A stretch of 64,000 nt of DNA, taken from the NCBI GenBank assembly GCA_036160575.1, contig JAYYDT010000047.1, positions 2,293-66,292 on the forward strand, given 5' to 3'. The position numbers and the translations under genes were made by a program. The notes under the pieces were generated by a model. It was not told the origin of the DNA, made no database searches, and was given only the letters and a program-made list of their open reading frames with translations. Below are positions 49,861-58,802 of the stretch, piece by piece. Each line of letters starts with the position of its first letter. Within the stretch, counting starts at the first letter, position 1. Source of the stretch: Pseudomonadota bacterium. GTDB lineage: Bacteria; Pseudomonadota; Alphaproteobacteria; Thalassobaculales; Thalassobaculaceae.

Positions 49861-51446
49861 GGGCGCCTCCCCGCGTCGGTCCGGCTTTGCGTCCAAAACG
49901 TCGGGCGCGCCGCAAACGTCCGCCAGCGTTTTCGAAGGCGCGCGACAATGCCCGGCAATGCGGCGGCGGCGGCGCCTTCGATGAAACCGCGTACCCGCGG
50001 GATGACATTGGCCACCATCGGATCGGCCGCGGGCGGCGCCGCCGCCAAGATATCTGCAGCCACCGCCAAGTCATTCAAGGCGCCCAATTGTTCCTGTAAT
50101 TGGCGAAGTTCCCGGGCGAAGGCGCGCGCCGTTTTGCCCGCGCAGGCATCCACGAAAAACTCGGCATTGTAGCGCAGCTTTTTCACATCCAGGCGCACCC
50201 GATGCCATTCGAGCGGGTCGCGGGTTGCCCGGCGCGCCCTTTTGACCACTTTGCGGTAGCGCCGGTCGAGCGCCGGTCCGGCGAATTCGGCCAGCCGCCG
50301 GGCATGCCACAAACGCCCCACCGGATCTTCGATATTCCGCCAAGCGCCGGTTTCGATCCAAAGCGCGATGTCAAACACCGCCCGCCATTGGTCGCCGGTC
50401 TCCAGAAGCGCGCGCACCCGCGCCAATTCCGCTTCACGCCAGGCCGCCAAATGCGGCGTCAACTGAGCCATTTGCGTTTTATCCAGGCCCATGCCCGCCA
50501 ATTTGTCGAAGGTCTCGGCGATCAACACATCAATATCGCGGACCCGGCCAAGGGCCTCGAAAATATCCTTCAGCAGGGCCAACGCCGGCGCCACCCTGGC
50601 CGCCGCGATGATCGGCTTGAACACACCATTGGCCGAGCGCAGGCGGCGGATCGAGACACGCATTTGATGGATCGCCTCGGGCGCGCCGACCTCCAGCACA
50701 TTTTCATGATTGGCGATAAACTGGGTCAGGCAGGCCTGCACAATCGCCGGATAGGCCTCGGCGATGCGAGTCTCGGCGGTGAAATTGAGGGGCGGCGCCC
50801 GCCAAATATCGGGGGCCGCGCCATGGTGCAAGCGCGCCGCCCGCGCCGCCTTGGAGTCAATCGACAATCGCAGGCCATAGCGCGACTGCAGATCGCGGGC
50901 CAAATCCAGCAACCCTTCCGGCGGCCCCGACTTCAACTCCAATTCCAATTCGCAGATCGGATGGCTGGCCCGGCTGGTGTCGATTTCCCCTTGGTCAAGC
51001 GCCAGTTCAATCGTCGAGATGGCGCCGCTCCGGGCGGTGTGACGAAACAGCCGGCGCCGGCGATCAAAAACCGTGCGGAACGTCGGTGCCACGCCGGTCC
51101 GTGTGACATGGCTGTACGCCCGCGGCGAGAGCACTTGTTTCAAATCGTCCAGGACCAGGCGCGGGGCGCTTAACACGCGCTCGACCTCGCCGCGGCTGAA
51201 CGGTCCGCTGGCGCGCGGCGCGGTTTTGATGGTCTGGGTGATGCGGTTGTCGCTCAGGCGCAGACGCAGCGCCACCTTGGCCGCCTCCAAATGGCCGGCC
51301 GGCGTGTCGAAATAAGTGGTGTCCAGGTGATCCGCGCGCGCCACGGCGGCCGGAAAAAGATCACGGCTCAGGGCACGGGCCACAGGGGCGGATAGGAGGA
51401 ACTTGATTTCGGTCTCGACACTCAAAAATCCAGCCTCTCGGAACAA
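49857..51446 (-). CDS. CYTH and CHAD domain-containing protein
   Basis: N-terminal CYTH pattern (ETEIKFLL...TYFDT...LRLRL...TIK). C-terminal CHAD helices with the characteristic basic motifs HQMRVSIRRLRSA and WHRVRLDVKKLRYNAEFF. The track start at 51446 is TTG. TTG 51425, preceded by GAGAGG, is an alternative. Confidence 0.8.
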   Translation of the reverse strand: MFREAGFLSVETEIKFLLSAPVARALSRDLFPAAVARADHLDTTYFDTPAGHLEAAKVALRLRLSDNRITQTIKTAPRASGPFSRGEVERVLSAPRLVLDDLKQVLSPRAYSHVTRTGVAPTFRTVFDRRRRLFRHTARSGAISTIELALDQGEIDTSRASHPICELELELKSGPPEGLLDLARDLQSRYGLRLSIDSKAARAARLHHGAAPDIWRAPPLNFTAETRIAEAYPAIVQACLTQFIANHENVLEVGAPEAIHQMRVSIRRLRSANGVFKPIIAAARVAPALALLKDIFEALGRVRDIDVLIAETFDKLAGMGLDKTQMAQLTPHLAAWREAELARVRALLETGDQWRAVFDIALWIETGAWRNIEDPVGRLWHARRLAEFAGPALDRRYRKVVKRARRATRDPLEWHRVRLDVKKLRYNAEFFVDACAGKTARAFARELRQLQEQLGALNDLAVAADILAAAPPAADPMVANVIPRVRGFIEGAAAAALPGIVARLRKRWRTFAARPTFWTQSRTDAGRRP

Positions 51447-51538
51447 TCATGCGTTTAATTTACATGTGGTCGCGTGCCGCTATTGTAAAAATTTCCATCG
51501 GGTCTATCCGAAAAATTTCCCGCCAAGGGGCCTGCGGG

Positions 51539-52402
51539 TCAATCGCCGGCCGCCACCGCGACTTCGGCCGCAACCGCCGTTGGCGCCGGCAAGACCTGAC
51601 GGAGATAGCCGGCGACGCCCAGCGCCTGGTGCCATTGACGCGGATGGCCCAGGGATACTTCCTCGAACCGGGTGCCGTCGATATGGTCGGTGCGTCGGAT
51701 GTGCAAATGGCCGCTGATCACCGCCTCGGCCCGAAAGCGACGATGCCAATCCTCGGTGGCGCGGGTGCCACACCACGGCGCGAAGCGGGGGTTGCGTGGC
51801 AAGTCGACCAAATCGCGGCGCAGGGGCCAGTGGTTGATCAGGATGGTGCGCGCGGACGGCGGCAGCGCCGACAAGCGGCGGACGGCCTCGTCAAGGCGCG
51901 CGGCGCACCAAGCCTGGCGGCTGGGATAGGGATCGGGGAACAGGTAAAGTTCGTCGGCGCAGCTGGCCCGCGCCGCCCGCGCCCAGGCCCGCACATCGGC
52001 CAAGGCGACGTCATCGGGGCGGAACGAGTAATCATAAAGCAGGAACAGCGGCGCGATGACCAAATCGCCGCCGGGCGCGCCCGGCCATACCGGGAACGGA
52101 TCCTCCGGCGTCAGCACACCGTGGGCGCGGGCCAGGTCGATAAGGCGCAGATAGCGCGTGACGCCGCGCAGCGGCACCTCGTCAGGGCGCCGAACGCTCC
52201 ACAATTCGTGATTTCCCGGGACCCAAATCAAGCGGCCGAAACGTGCCCCCAGGGTCTCGAACGCCAGGGCCAGATGTTCTTCCCGCTCGGCGATGTCGCC
52301 GGCCAGGATCAACCAGTCGTCGCCATAGTCCGGCACGTCGGCCAGGGCCGCGCGGTTAATTTCCTGCGACAGGTGCAGATCGCTGATAGCCCACAAACGC
52401 AT
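51539..52402 (-). CDS. metallophosphoesterase (calcineurin-like phosphoesterase family)
   Basis: MRLWAISDLHL (DxH), LILAGDI (GD), VPGNHELW (GNHE) and ISGHLH (GH) motifs in canonical order. Confidence 0.8.
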   Translation of the reverse strand: MRLWAISDLHLSQEINRAALADVPDYGDDWLILAGDIAEREEHLALAFETLGARFGRLIWVPGNHELWSVRRPDEVPLRGVTRYLRLIDLARAHGVLTPEDPFPVWPGAPGGDLVIAPLFLLYDYSFRPDDVALADVRAWARAARASCADELYLFPDPYPSRQAWCAARLDEAVRRLSALPPSARTILINHWPLRRDLVDLPRNPRFAPWCGTRATEDWHRRFRAEAVISGHLHIRRTDHIDGTRFEEVSLGHPRQWHQALGVAGYLRQVLPAPTAVAAEVAVAAGD

Positions 52403-52450
52403 GGCCTGAGCATACGGACGCTGTGGGCGGAATCAACCGCCAAGCCTGGC

Positions 52451-53422
52451 CTACATGAACAAGCGCTCGTTGCTCAAATCGCGGTAGAGATCGGCCACCT
52501 GCGCCGCGTAACCGTTATATAACTGCGTCGGCACGCGTTCATCGCTGCCCAGCAGGCGCTCGGTCGCTTGGCTCCAGCGTGGGTGGGGAACCTCCGGGTT
52601 CACATTGGCCCAAAAGCCATACTCGCGGCTCTGCAAGACTTCCCAAAAGCCTTTCGGCCGGGTCGCCGAAAAGGTGAACCGAACAATCGACTTGATATGT
52701 TTGAAGCCATATTTCCACGGCACCGCCAAGCGCAACGGCGCGCCGTTTTGCTTGGGCATGGGGCGCCCGTAGATGCCGGTGGCGATGAAGCTCAACTCGT
52801 TTCGCGCTTCGGCCATGGTCAACCCTTCGACATAGGGCCAGGGATACCAATGTTGGCGTTGGCCAGGGGCGATTTCCTTGTCCAGAAAAGTTTGCATGGT
52901 GACATACTTGGCGTCTGAACGTGGTTGCGCCAGATCGATCAAATGGCTCAACTGGAAACCTGTCCACGGCACCGTCATGGCCCATGCCTCGACGCAGCGA
53001 TGGCGATAGACGCGTTCCTCGAGCGGCATTTTGGCTAATAGATCGTCGATGGCCAGGCTCATCGGCTTGTCCACCGCGCCGTCGATGGTCACCGTCCACG
53101 GACGGATTTTGAGGTTTTGAGCGACCTTCGAAATCTGCTTGTGGGAGCCGAATTCGTAGAAGTTGTTGTAGGTCGTCGCCGCTTCCTCGTCGGTCAGCGG
53201 CCGGCCGCCTTCATAGGCGGTGTTGCGTGGCGCCGGGTAGAGCGCCGCCGAAGGGTCGACCTCATCGGCGGCGAAAGCCTTGCCGGCGGCCAGAGCGGCC
53301 CCACCAAGCAACGCCGGCCCGGCGGCCAACCCCCGCAGAAAATGGCGCCGGTTCCAATACACGGATTCCGGAGTGGCGGCGCTTTCAGGTAGTTCCCATT
53401 CGCGCTTTATTTTTATCAGCAT
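52451..53422 (-). CDS. msrP: protein-methionine-sulfoxide reductase catalytic subunit MsrP (YedY-type molybdoenzyme)
   Basis: Tat-type signal (RRHFLRGLAAGPALLGGAALAAGKAFA), then YNNFYEFGSHK and HRCVEAWAMTVPWTGF motifs. RBS GGAGGA upstream of ATG 53422. Confidence 0.88.
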   Translation of the reverse strand: MLIKIKREWELPESAATPESVYWNRRHFLRGLAAGPALLGGAALAAGKAFAADEVDPSAALYPAPRNTAYEGGRPLTDEEAATTYNNFYEFGSHKQISKVAQNLKIRPWTVTIDGAVDKPMSLAIDDLLAKMPLEERVYRHRCVEAWAMTVPWTGFQLSHLIDLAQPRSDAKYVTMQTFLDKEIAPGQRQHWYPWPYVEGLTMAEARNELSFIATGIYGRPMPKQNGAPLRLAVPWKYGFKHIKSIVRFTFSATRPKGFWEVLQSREYGFWANVNPEVPHPRWSQATERLLGSDERVPTQLYNGYAAQVADLYRDLSNERLFM

Positions 53423-53502
53423 GGTTTCGTCCTCCTGACCGACGGTATGCCCAGAGAAATGTGGCGCGCGTAGGGCAGTTTTCAAACCATGATCGGGTAA
53501 AT

Positions 53503-55536
53503 TCAGCCATGCGCCGCTTGCCGTTCGGCGATGGCGGTTTCCGCCTCGCGTCCCGACAACTCGGCCAGATGATCAAATTCCCGGGTGAAGAACCCCATGC
53601 CGTGACTCAGCGCACGGATCTCAATAATCAGATCGTGCAGCGTGGCGACCGGCATATAGGCCTGCACCTCGTCCCAGCCCTGCCACCCCTCTTTCGCCTG
53701 AAACCCGAGAATTTGACCGCGCCGCGCGGTAATCACTCGCTGCACCCGAGCGGTGGCGGTATTGGGCGCGGAAATCACCACATGGTCGATCGGCTCGAGC
53801 AGGATCGGCCCACATTTCGGCAGCCCCTCGGCCATCGCCAGGCGGCCGGCGGCGCGGAATGCCATCTCCGAACTATCGACGCTGTGGTGGGCGCCATCGG
53901 TGAGAATGACCTCGACATCGACCACTTGGAAACCGAGCGGGCCGCGCCGGAGGTAATCGCGCACGCCGTCGCCGACCGCCGGGATGAAGTTGCGCGGCAC
54001 CGCGCCGCCAACCACGGTGTTGGAAAAATTAAATCCCTCGCCGCGCGGGCGCGGCCGCACGGTGACCTTGACGTCGCCGAATTGACCATGGCCGCCCGAC
54101 TGCTTTTTATAACGGGCGTGTTGGTCAATCGATTTGGTGATGGTCTCACGGTAGGGGGTCTGCGGCGCCGCTGTGTCGACGGTTAAATGAAAGCGATCGA
54201 CGAGACGTTCCAAAACCACCCGCAAATGCGTGTCGCCCTGCCCTTCCAGGGTCAATTCCGACATCTCGGCGTTGTGATTGACCACCAGGGCGCGATCTTC
54301 TTCGACCAGTTTTTGCAATGCCCCGGACAGTTTCACCTCGTCCTCGCGGCTGGTGGCGGTAATGGCCAGGGCGAAGACCGGGGGCAAGGGCGCCGGCCAT
54401 GGCACCCGGCCGGCCGGGGTGGTGCCGACCACGTCGCCGGTCGCGGTTTCCTCCAGACGTCCGAGGGCGACAACCTCGCCGGCCGTGGCGGTCGGCAATT
54501 TATCCAGCTTGCCGCCCAAAGGGCGGTACAGACCGGACAGACGCTGGCTGCCGAAATGGTCCCCGTCCTTGACCGATCCGCGCCACAGCCGCGCCAAGGA
54601 TAGTTTGCCCAGATGCGGCGCGTGCATGGTTTTGAACACCTCGGCGGCGACCTCACCGGGTCCGTCGAAACCTCGTCGGGCGGCGGCCACCGCGACCGCC
54701 GGCGCGTCATGGCGCAAGGTCTTCAACAAGCGTTGTACGCCGCGGTCCAGGGCACCGGCGCCCAGCAGCACCGGCACTAACAAATCGTCGCGCAAGGTCT
54801 CGGTGAATTGCTGATAAACCTCGGCGGTGGCGGGCTGCCGGTCCTCCAACAAATGCTCGAGAATGACATCGTCGTAATCGGCCAGGGTTTCCAACAATTC
54901 CTCACGCGCCGGGCCGCCCCGGTCGCCGGCCGGCATTTCGATCAGGGCGGAAGGTCCCGCGTCGGCGTAGCGATAGGCCCGGGCGCTGACCAAATCGACA
55001 TAGCCGGTGACCGCCTCGCCCTCTAGCAGCGCCACCTGGCGCAGGATCATGGGGCGCTCGGAAATCGCTTGTAACCGATCCATCAACATCCGCATCGGCG
55101 CCGGGTCGTGGTCGACCTTGTTGATGAACACCACATGGGGAATGTTGTGCCCGTCCAGGTAATGCAGGAGCGGCGCGGCCGCTGACACCTTGTCGACCTC
55201 GGCTTCGACAACCACGATGACGATATCGGCGACCAGGCACGCGTCGCGCGCGTCCTGACCGAACTCGACACCCCCGGGGGTATCTATGAAAACCCAAGGA
55301 TCCCCGAGAAAATGGCCCATCCCAACGCTCAACTCGGTGGACCCTTGGCGTTTACGCGCCTCTTTTTGATGGTCGCCGACCAAGGTACCGGCGGCCACCG
55401 CGCCCTTGCGGTGGATCGCGCCGGTGGCGTGAAGCAAAGCCTCGAAGAGATGGGTTTTGCCGCTGTGATAAGGGCCGGCGACCACAGCGCATCGGGTACT
55501 GGCCTGGGGGGCGCCGGCCTGGGGCGCCTGGCTCAT
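53503..55536 (-). CDS. elongation factor G paralog (EF-G II-like translational GTPase)
   Basis: P-loop GPYHSGKT, switch II DTPGGVEF (55270-55284), NKVD, and EF-G domains II-V including YKKQSGGHGQFGDV and DGAHHSVDSSEMAF. Confidence 0.88.
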   Translation of the reverse strand: MSQAPQAGAPQASTRCAVVAGPYHSGKTHLFEALLHATGAIHRKGAVAAGTLVGDHQKEARKRQGSTELSVGMGHFLGDPWVFIDTPGGVEFGQDARDACLVADIVIVVVEAEVDKVSAAAPLLHYLDGHNIPHVVFINKVDHDPAPMRMLMDRLQAISERPMILRQVALLEGEAVTGYVDLVSARAYRYADAGPSALIEMPAGDRGGPAREELLETLADYDDVILEHLLEDRQPATAEVYQQFTETLRDDLLVPVLLGAGALDRGVQRLLKTLRHDAPAVAVAAARRGFDGPGEVAAEVFKTMHAPHLGKLSLARLWRGSVKDGDHFGSQRLSGLYRPLGGKLDKLPTATAGEVVALGRLEETATGDVVGTTPAGRVPWPAPLPPVFALAITATSREDEVKLSGALQKLVEEDRALVVNHNAEMSELTLEGQGDTHLRVVLERLVDRFHLTVDTAAPQTPYRETITKSIDQHARYKKQSGGHGQFGDVKVTVRPRPRGEGFNFSNTVVGGAVPRNFIPAVGDGVRDYLRRGPLGFQVVDVEVILTDGAHHSVDSSEMAFRAAGRLAMAEGLPKCGPILLEPIDHVVISAPNTATARVQRVITARRGQILGFQAKEGWQGWDEVQAYMPVATLHDLIIEIRALSHGMGFFTREFDHLAELSGREAETAIAERQAAHG

Positions 55537-55721
55537 GGGCTGGATCTCCTACACTGGCGCCGCGAGGCAAAACTCGAGATTTAATGAGTTTTTTCTCTCA
55601 TAGGTTTATTTCCACATGATTGCTGGGCGAGGGCAAGAAAAAATCCCCACCGTCGGCGCGCCGGTGCTATCACGCAGAACCGGATGCCGCCGGTCGCGCG
55701 CCAGCAAAAAGGAGCTTAGCC

Positions 55722-56552
55722 ATGGCCGCCGATCCCATTGCCGCCATTCCCGAGGCCGAGGCGACCGGCGACACCGCCGCCCTGTTCGCCGACATCCGCG
55801 CCACCCTCGGCTTGCCGGTGGTCAACCTGGTGTGGCGCCATTTGGCGACCATTCCAGGCGGCCTGCCGTGGACCTGGGACCAGGTCAAGCCGTTCTACGT
55901 TTCCGGAGCGGTGGAGCGGGCCGCCGCCTCGTTCCTCGCCCACCAGGAAATGACCGCGCCCTTTCGCCCGAGCCCGGCAACGCTGGCCGCCGCCGGCGTC
56001 ACGGCCGACGACCTGCCGGTGATCCGGGCGATCATCGACAGCTATCACCGCGGCAACGCGATGAACATTATCGCCCTCACCCTGCCTTTATCGGCGGCCA
56101 GCGACAGCGCGCCGGCGACCTTGCGACCGGCGCGCCTACCGGTGGTCGCCGACCTCGCCATTCCGGCGCTGCCACCGTTGGACGGCCTGCCCGCCGACCA
56201 TCGCCAAGTCGTCATGGAATTGAACGCTTTCGGCCAACGACCGGGCGATCCAGTGGTCGCCAGCATGTACCGGCATCTGGCGCCCTGGCCGGGTCTGCTG
56301 GCGCTGACCGCCGCTATGCTGGCGCCGGTCGCCGGCGATGGCCGGCTGGGCACGCTGATCGCCGGCGCCAATACCCAGGCCGACGCCCACGCCGCCGCCC
56401 TGCGCGCCGAAGGCGGGCAAATTGACGGCCGACAAGCACCCAATGGGGTGCCCGCCGCGCTGACCCGCTTCACCGGCGATGTCATCGCCCGCATGGTGCC
56501 GATCTGCGGGATGTTACGCGCGGCCTTGGCGGCGGAGGGTGATCAGGGCTAA
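55722..56552 (+). CDS. DehI-family protein (group I alpha-haloacid dehalogenase-like)
   Basis: FADIRATLGLPVVNLVWRHLATIPGGLPWTW and AAGVTADDLPVIRAIIDSYHRGNAMNIIALTL parallel the DehI segments YEDIRLTLRVPWVAFGCRVLATFPGYLPLAW and AAGFDDGEIEKVRRVLYAFNYGNPKYLLLITAL, as I recall them. RBS AAAGGAG before ATG 55722. Confidence 0.5.
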   Translation: MAADPIAAIPEAEATGDTAALFADIRATLGLPVVNLVWRHLATIPGGLPWTWDQVKPFYVSGAVERAAASFLAHQEMTAPFRPSPATLAAAGVTADDLPVIRAIIDSYHRGNAMNIIALTLPLSAASDSAPATLRPARLPVVADLAIPALPPLDGLPADHRQVVMELNAFGQRPGDPVVASMYRHLAPWPGLLALTAAMLAPVAGDGRLGTLIAGANTQADAHAAALRAEGGQIDGRQAPNGVPAALTRFTGDVIARMVPICGMLRAALAAEGDQG

Positions 56553-56605
56553 CATTCGCGTTATTCGCCCGCGCCGGCCGGGCGCGCACCGATGGAGCTT
56601 AAGCC

Positions 56606-58699
56606 ATGCCGTTAGATATCGTTCGTTCCACGTGTCCGCACGACTGTCCTTCGGTGTGTGCGCTCGAAGTCGAAATCCTCGACGACGGCACGGTCGGCCG
56701 TGTGCGCGGCGCCAAGGACAACAGCTACACCGCCGGCGTGGTGTGCGCCAAAACCGCCCGCTACCGCGAGCGCATCCACCACCCGGACCGGCTGACGCAA
56801 CCGCTGTTGCGAACCGGCGCCAAAGGGAGCGGCGAATTCGCGCCCATCGACTGGCCGGAAGCCCTCGACCGGGTCGCCGAGGCGTTCCGTGAACGCAGCC
56901 AAAAATATGATCCCACCACCGTTTGGCCGTATTATTTCGCCGGCACCATGGGCTGGGTACAGCGCAACGGCATCGACCGCTTCCGCCATGATCTGGGCTA
57001 CTCGGGCCAAATCGCTAATATCTGCACCTTTCCCGCCGACGCCGGTTGGCGCGCCGGAGTCGGTAAGATTATGGGGCCGGACCCCCGTGAAATGGCCGAG
57101 TCCGATCTGATCATCAGTTGGGGCGGTAACCCGGTGACGACCCAGGTCAATGTCATGACCCATGTCGCCCGTGCCCGCAAAAACGGCGCCAAGTTCATTG
57201 TCGTCGACGTCTATCGCACGCCCAGCGTGGAGGCCGCCGACGACGCCTATATCCTGCGGCCGGGTACCGACGTGGCGTTCGCCTGCGCGCTGATGCATGT
57301 GCTGTTCCGCGACGGTTTCGCCGACCGCGATTATCTCGCCAATTTCGCCGCCGACGCCCAGGAATTCGAGGCCCATTTGGCCGATAAAACCCCGGAATGG
57401 GCGGCAGCGATCACCGGCATCCCGGCCCAGCGGATTGTCGACTTCGCGCATCTCTATGGACGCACCGAAAAGGCCTTTATCCGGGTTGGCTACGGCTTTT
57501 CCCGCTCGCGTAACGGCTCGCAGCAATTGCACGCGGTGACCTGTTTGCCGACGGTCACCGGCAAATGGCCGGTGCGCGGTGGCGGCGCCTTTTACAACAA
57601 CCGGGATATTTACGCCGGCACCTTCGATCAGACCTTGATCCAGGGCCTCGACGTGAAGAACCCGGCGGTGCGTATGCTCGACATGTCGCGCATCGGCCCG
57701 GTCTTGGTGGGCGAGGACGCGGTCGTCAAACAAGGCCCGCCGGTCACCGCGATGATCGTCCAGAACACCAACCCGGCGGTGGTCGCGCCGGAGACCATGA
57801 AAGTCCACGCCGGTTTCCGGCGCGAGGATTTTTTCCTGTGCGTGCATGAGCAATTCATGACCGACACCGCCAAATTCGCCGATATCGTGCTGCCGGCGAC
57901 GATGTTCCTGGAGCATGACGACATTTATTCCTCCGGCGGGCACGGCCATTTCCATTTCGCGCCGAAAGCCATCGACGGCCCGGCAGGCTGCCGCAGCAAT
58001 CATTATGTGCTGTCGGAACTGGCCCGCCGCCTTGGCAGCACCCATCGCGGCTTCCAAATGAGCGAGTTGGAAATCATCGACGAAACCTTGACCACCGCCG
58101 GACTTGGCGGTTTGGACGGGATCAAGGATCAGCGCTGGATTGATCTCCAGCCGGATTTCGACACCTCGCATTTCTTGGGTGGCTTTCCGACCGAGCACGG
58201 CCGCTTCCGCTTTAAGGTCGATTGGGCCAGCCTCGGCCCCTATCCCGAGGGGCTAACGCCCTTGCCCGATTACAGCGCCGCCGTGATCGACGCCGCCGAC
58301 GCCGCGCACCCGCTGCGCCTGGTGGTGCCGCCGGCGCGCAACTACCTCAACTCCAGCTTCACCGAAACCCCGACCAGCATCGCCAAGGAAGCCCGGCCGA
58401 CGGTCAAAATCCATCCCGACACGGCCGCCGCCCAGGATATCGCGGACGGCGATTTAGTCACCCTGGGCAACCGCCTCGGAACGGTCGGCGTCCATGCCGA
58501 GGTGTTTAGCGACCTGCAACCCGATGTCGTCATCGTCGAGGGGATTTGGCCCAATGGCGCCTTTCCCGGCGGCCTGGGCATCAATGTTTTGGTCAGCGCC
58601 GATCCCGGCCGGCCGGCGAGCGGCGGCGTGTTCCACGACACCGCGGTGTGGTTGCGCAAGGGCTTCGACGGCTATCACCCCCGAGGCCACCGTCCCTAA
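56606..58699 (+). CDS. molybdopterin-dependent oxidoreductase (MopB superfamily, N-terminal 4Fe-4S motif)
   Basis: CPHDCPSVC...C Cys cluster at the N-terminus, a molybdopterin oxidoreductase core and a C-terminal molydopterin dinucleotide-binding domain (IHPDTAAAQDIADGDLVTLGNRLGTV). No Tat signal is visible, so it is probably cytoplasmic. Confidence 0.88.
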   Translation: MPLDIVRSTCPHDCPSVCALEVEILDDGTVGRVRGAKDNSYTAGVVCAKTARYRERIHHPDRLTQPLLRTGAKGSGEFAPIDWPEALDRVAEAFRERSQKYDPTTVWPYYFAGTMGWVQRNGIDRFRHDLGYSGQIANICTFPADAGWRAGVGKIMGPDPREMAESDLIISWGGNPVTTQVNVMTHVARARKNGAKFIVVDVYRTPSVEAADDAYILRPGTDVAFACALMHVLFRDGFADRDYLANFAADAQEFEAHLADKTPEWAAAITGIPAQRIVDFAHLYGRTEKAFIRVGYGFSRSRNGSQQLHAVTCLPTVTGKWPVRGGGAFYNNRDIYAGTFDQTLIQGLDVKNPAVRMLDMSRIGPVLVGEDAVVKQGPPVTAMIVQNTNPAVVAPETMKVHAGFRREDFFLCVHEQFMTDTAKFADIVLPATMFLEHDDIYSSGGHGHFHFAPKAIDGPAGCRSNHYVLSELARRLGSTHRGFQMSELEIIDETLTTAGLGGLDGIKDQRWIDLQPDFDTSHFLGGFPTEHGRFRFKVDWASLGPYPEGLTPLPDYSAAVIDAADAAHPLRLVVPPARNYLNSSFTETPTSIAKEARPTVKIHPDTAAAQDIADGDLVTLGNRLGTVGVHAEVFSDLQPDVVIVEGIWPNGAFPGGLGINVLVSADPGRPASGGVFHDTAVWLRKGFDGYHPRGHRP

Positions 58700-58754
58700 A
58701 CCTCCCCCGATCCTGCCCCCCAACCGCCCAATCGGCCATCTCCCGGGTCTTCTC

Positions 58755-58802
58755 CTGGGGCCTTCCCCGGGGCCTTCCCTGGGGCCCCCACTGGGGCCTT
58801 CC
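58755..58802. repeat. 12-nt tandem repeat (core CTGGGGCCTTCC), 4 good copies with degenerate flanking copies
   Basis: ctggggccttcc (58755), ccggggccttcc (58767), ctggggccccca (58779), ctggggccttcc (58791). Degenerate units extend to about 58743 and 58824. The array is intergenic, between the molybdoenzyme stop and the ABC permease start. Confidence 0.75.
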
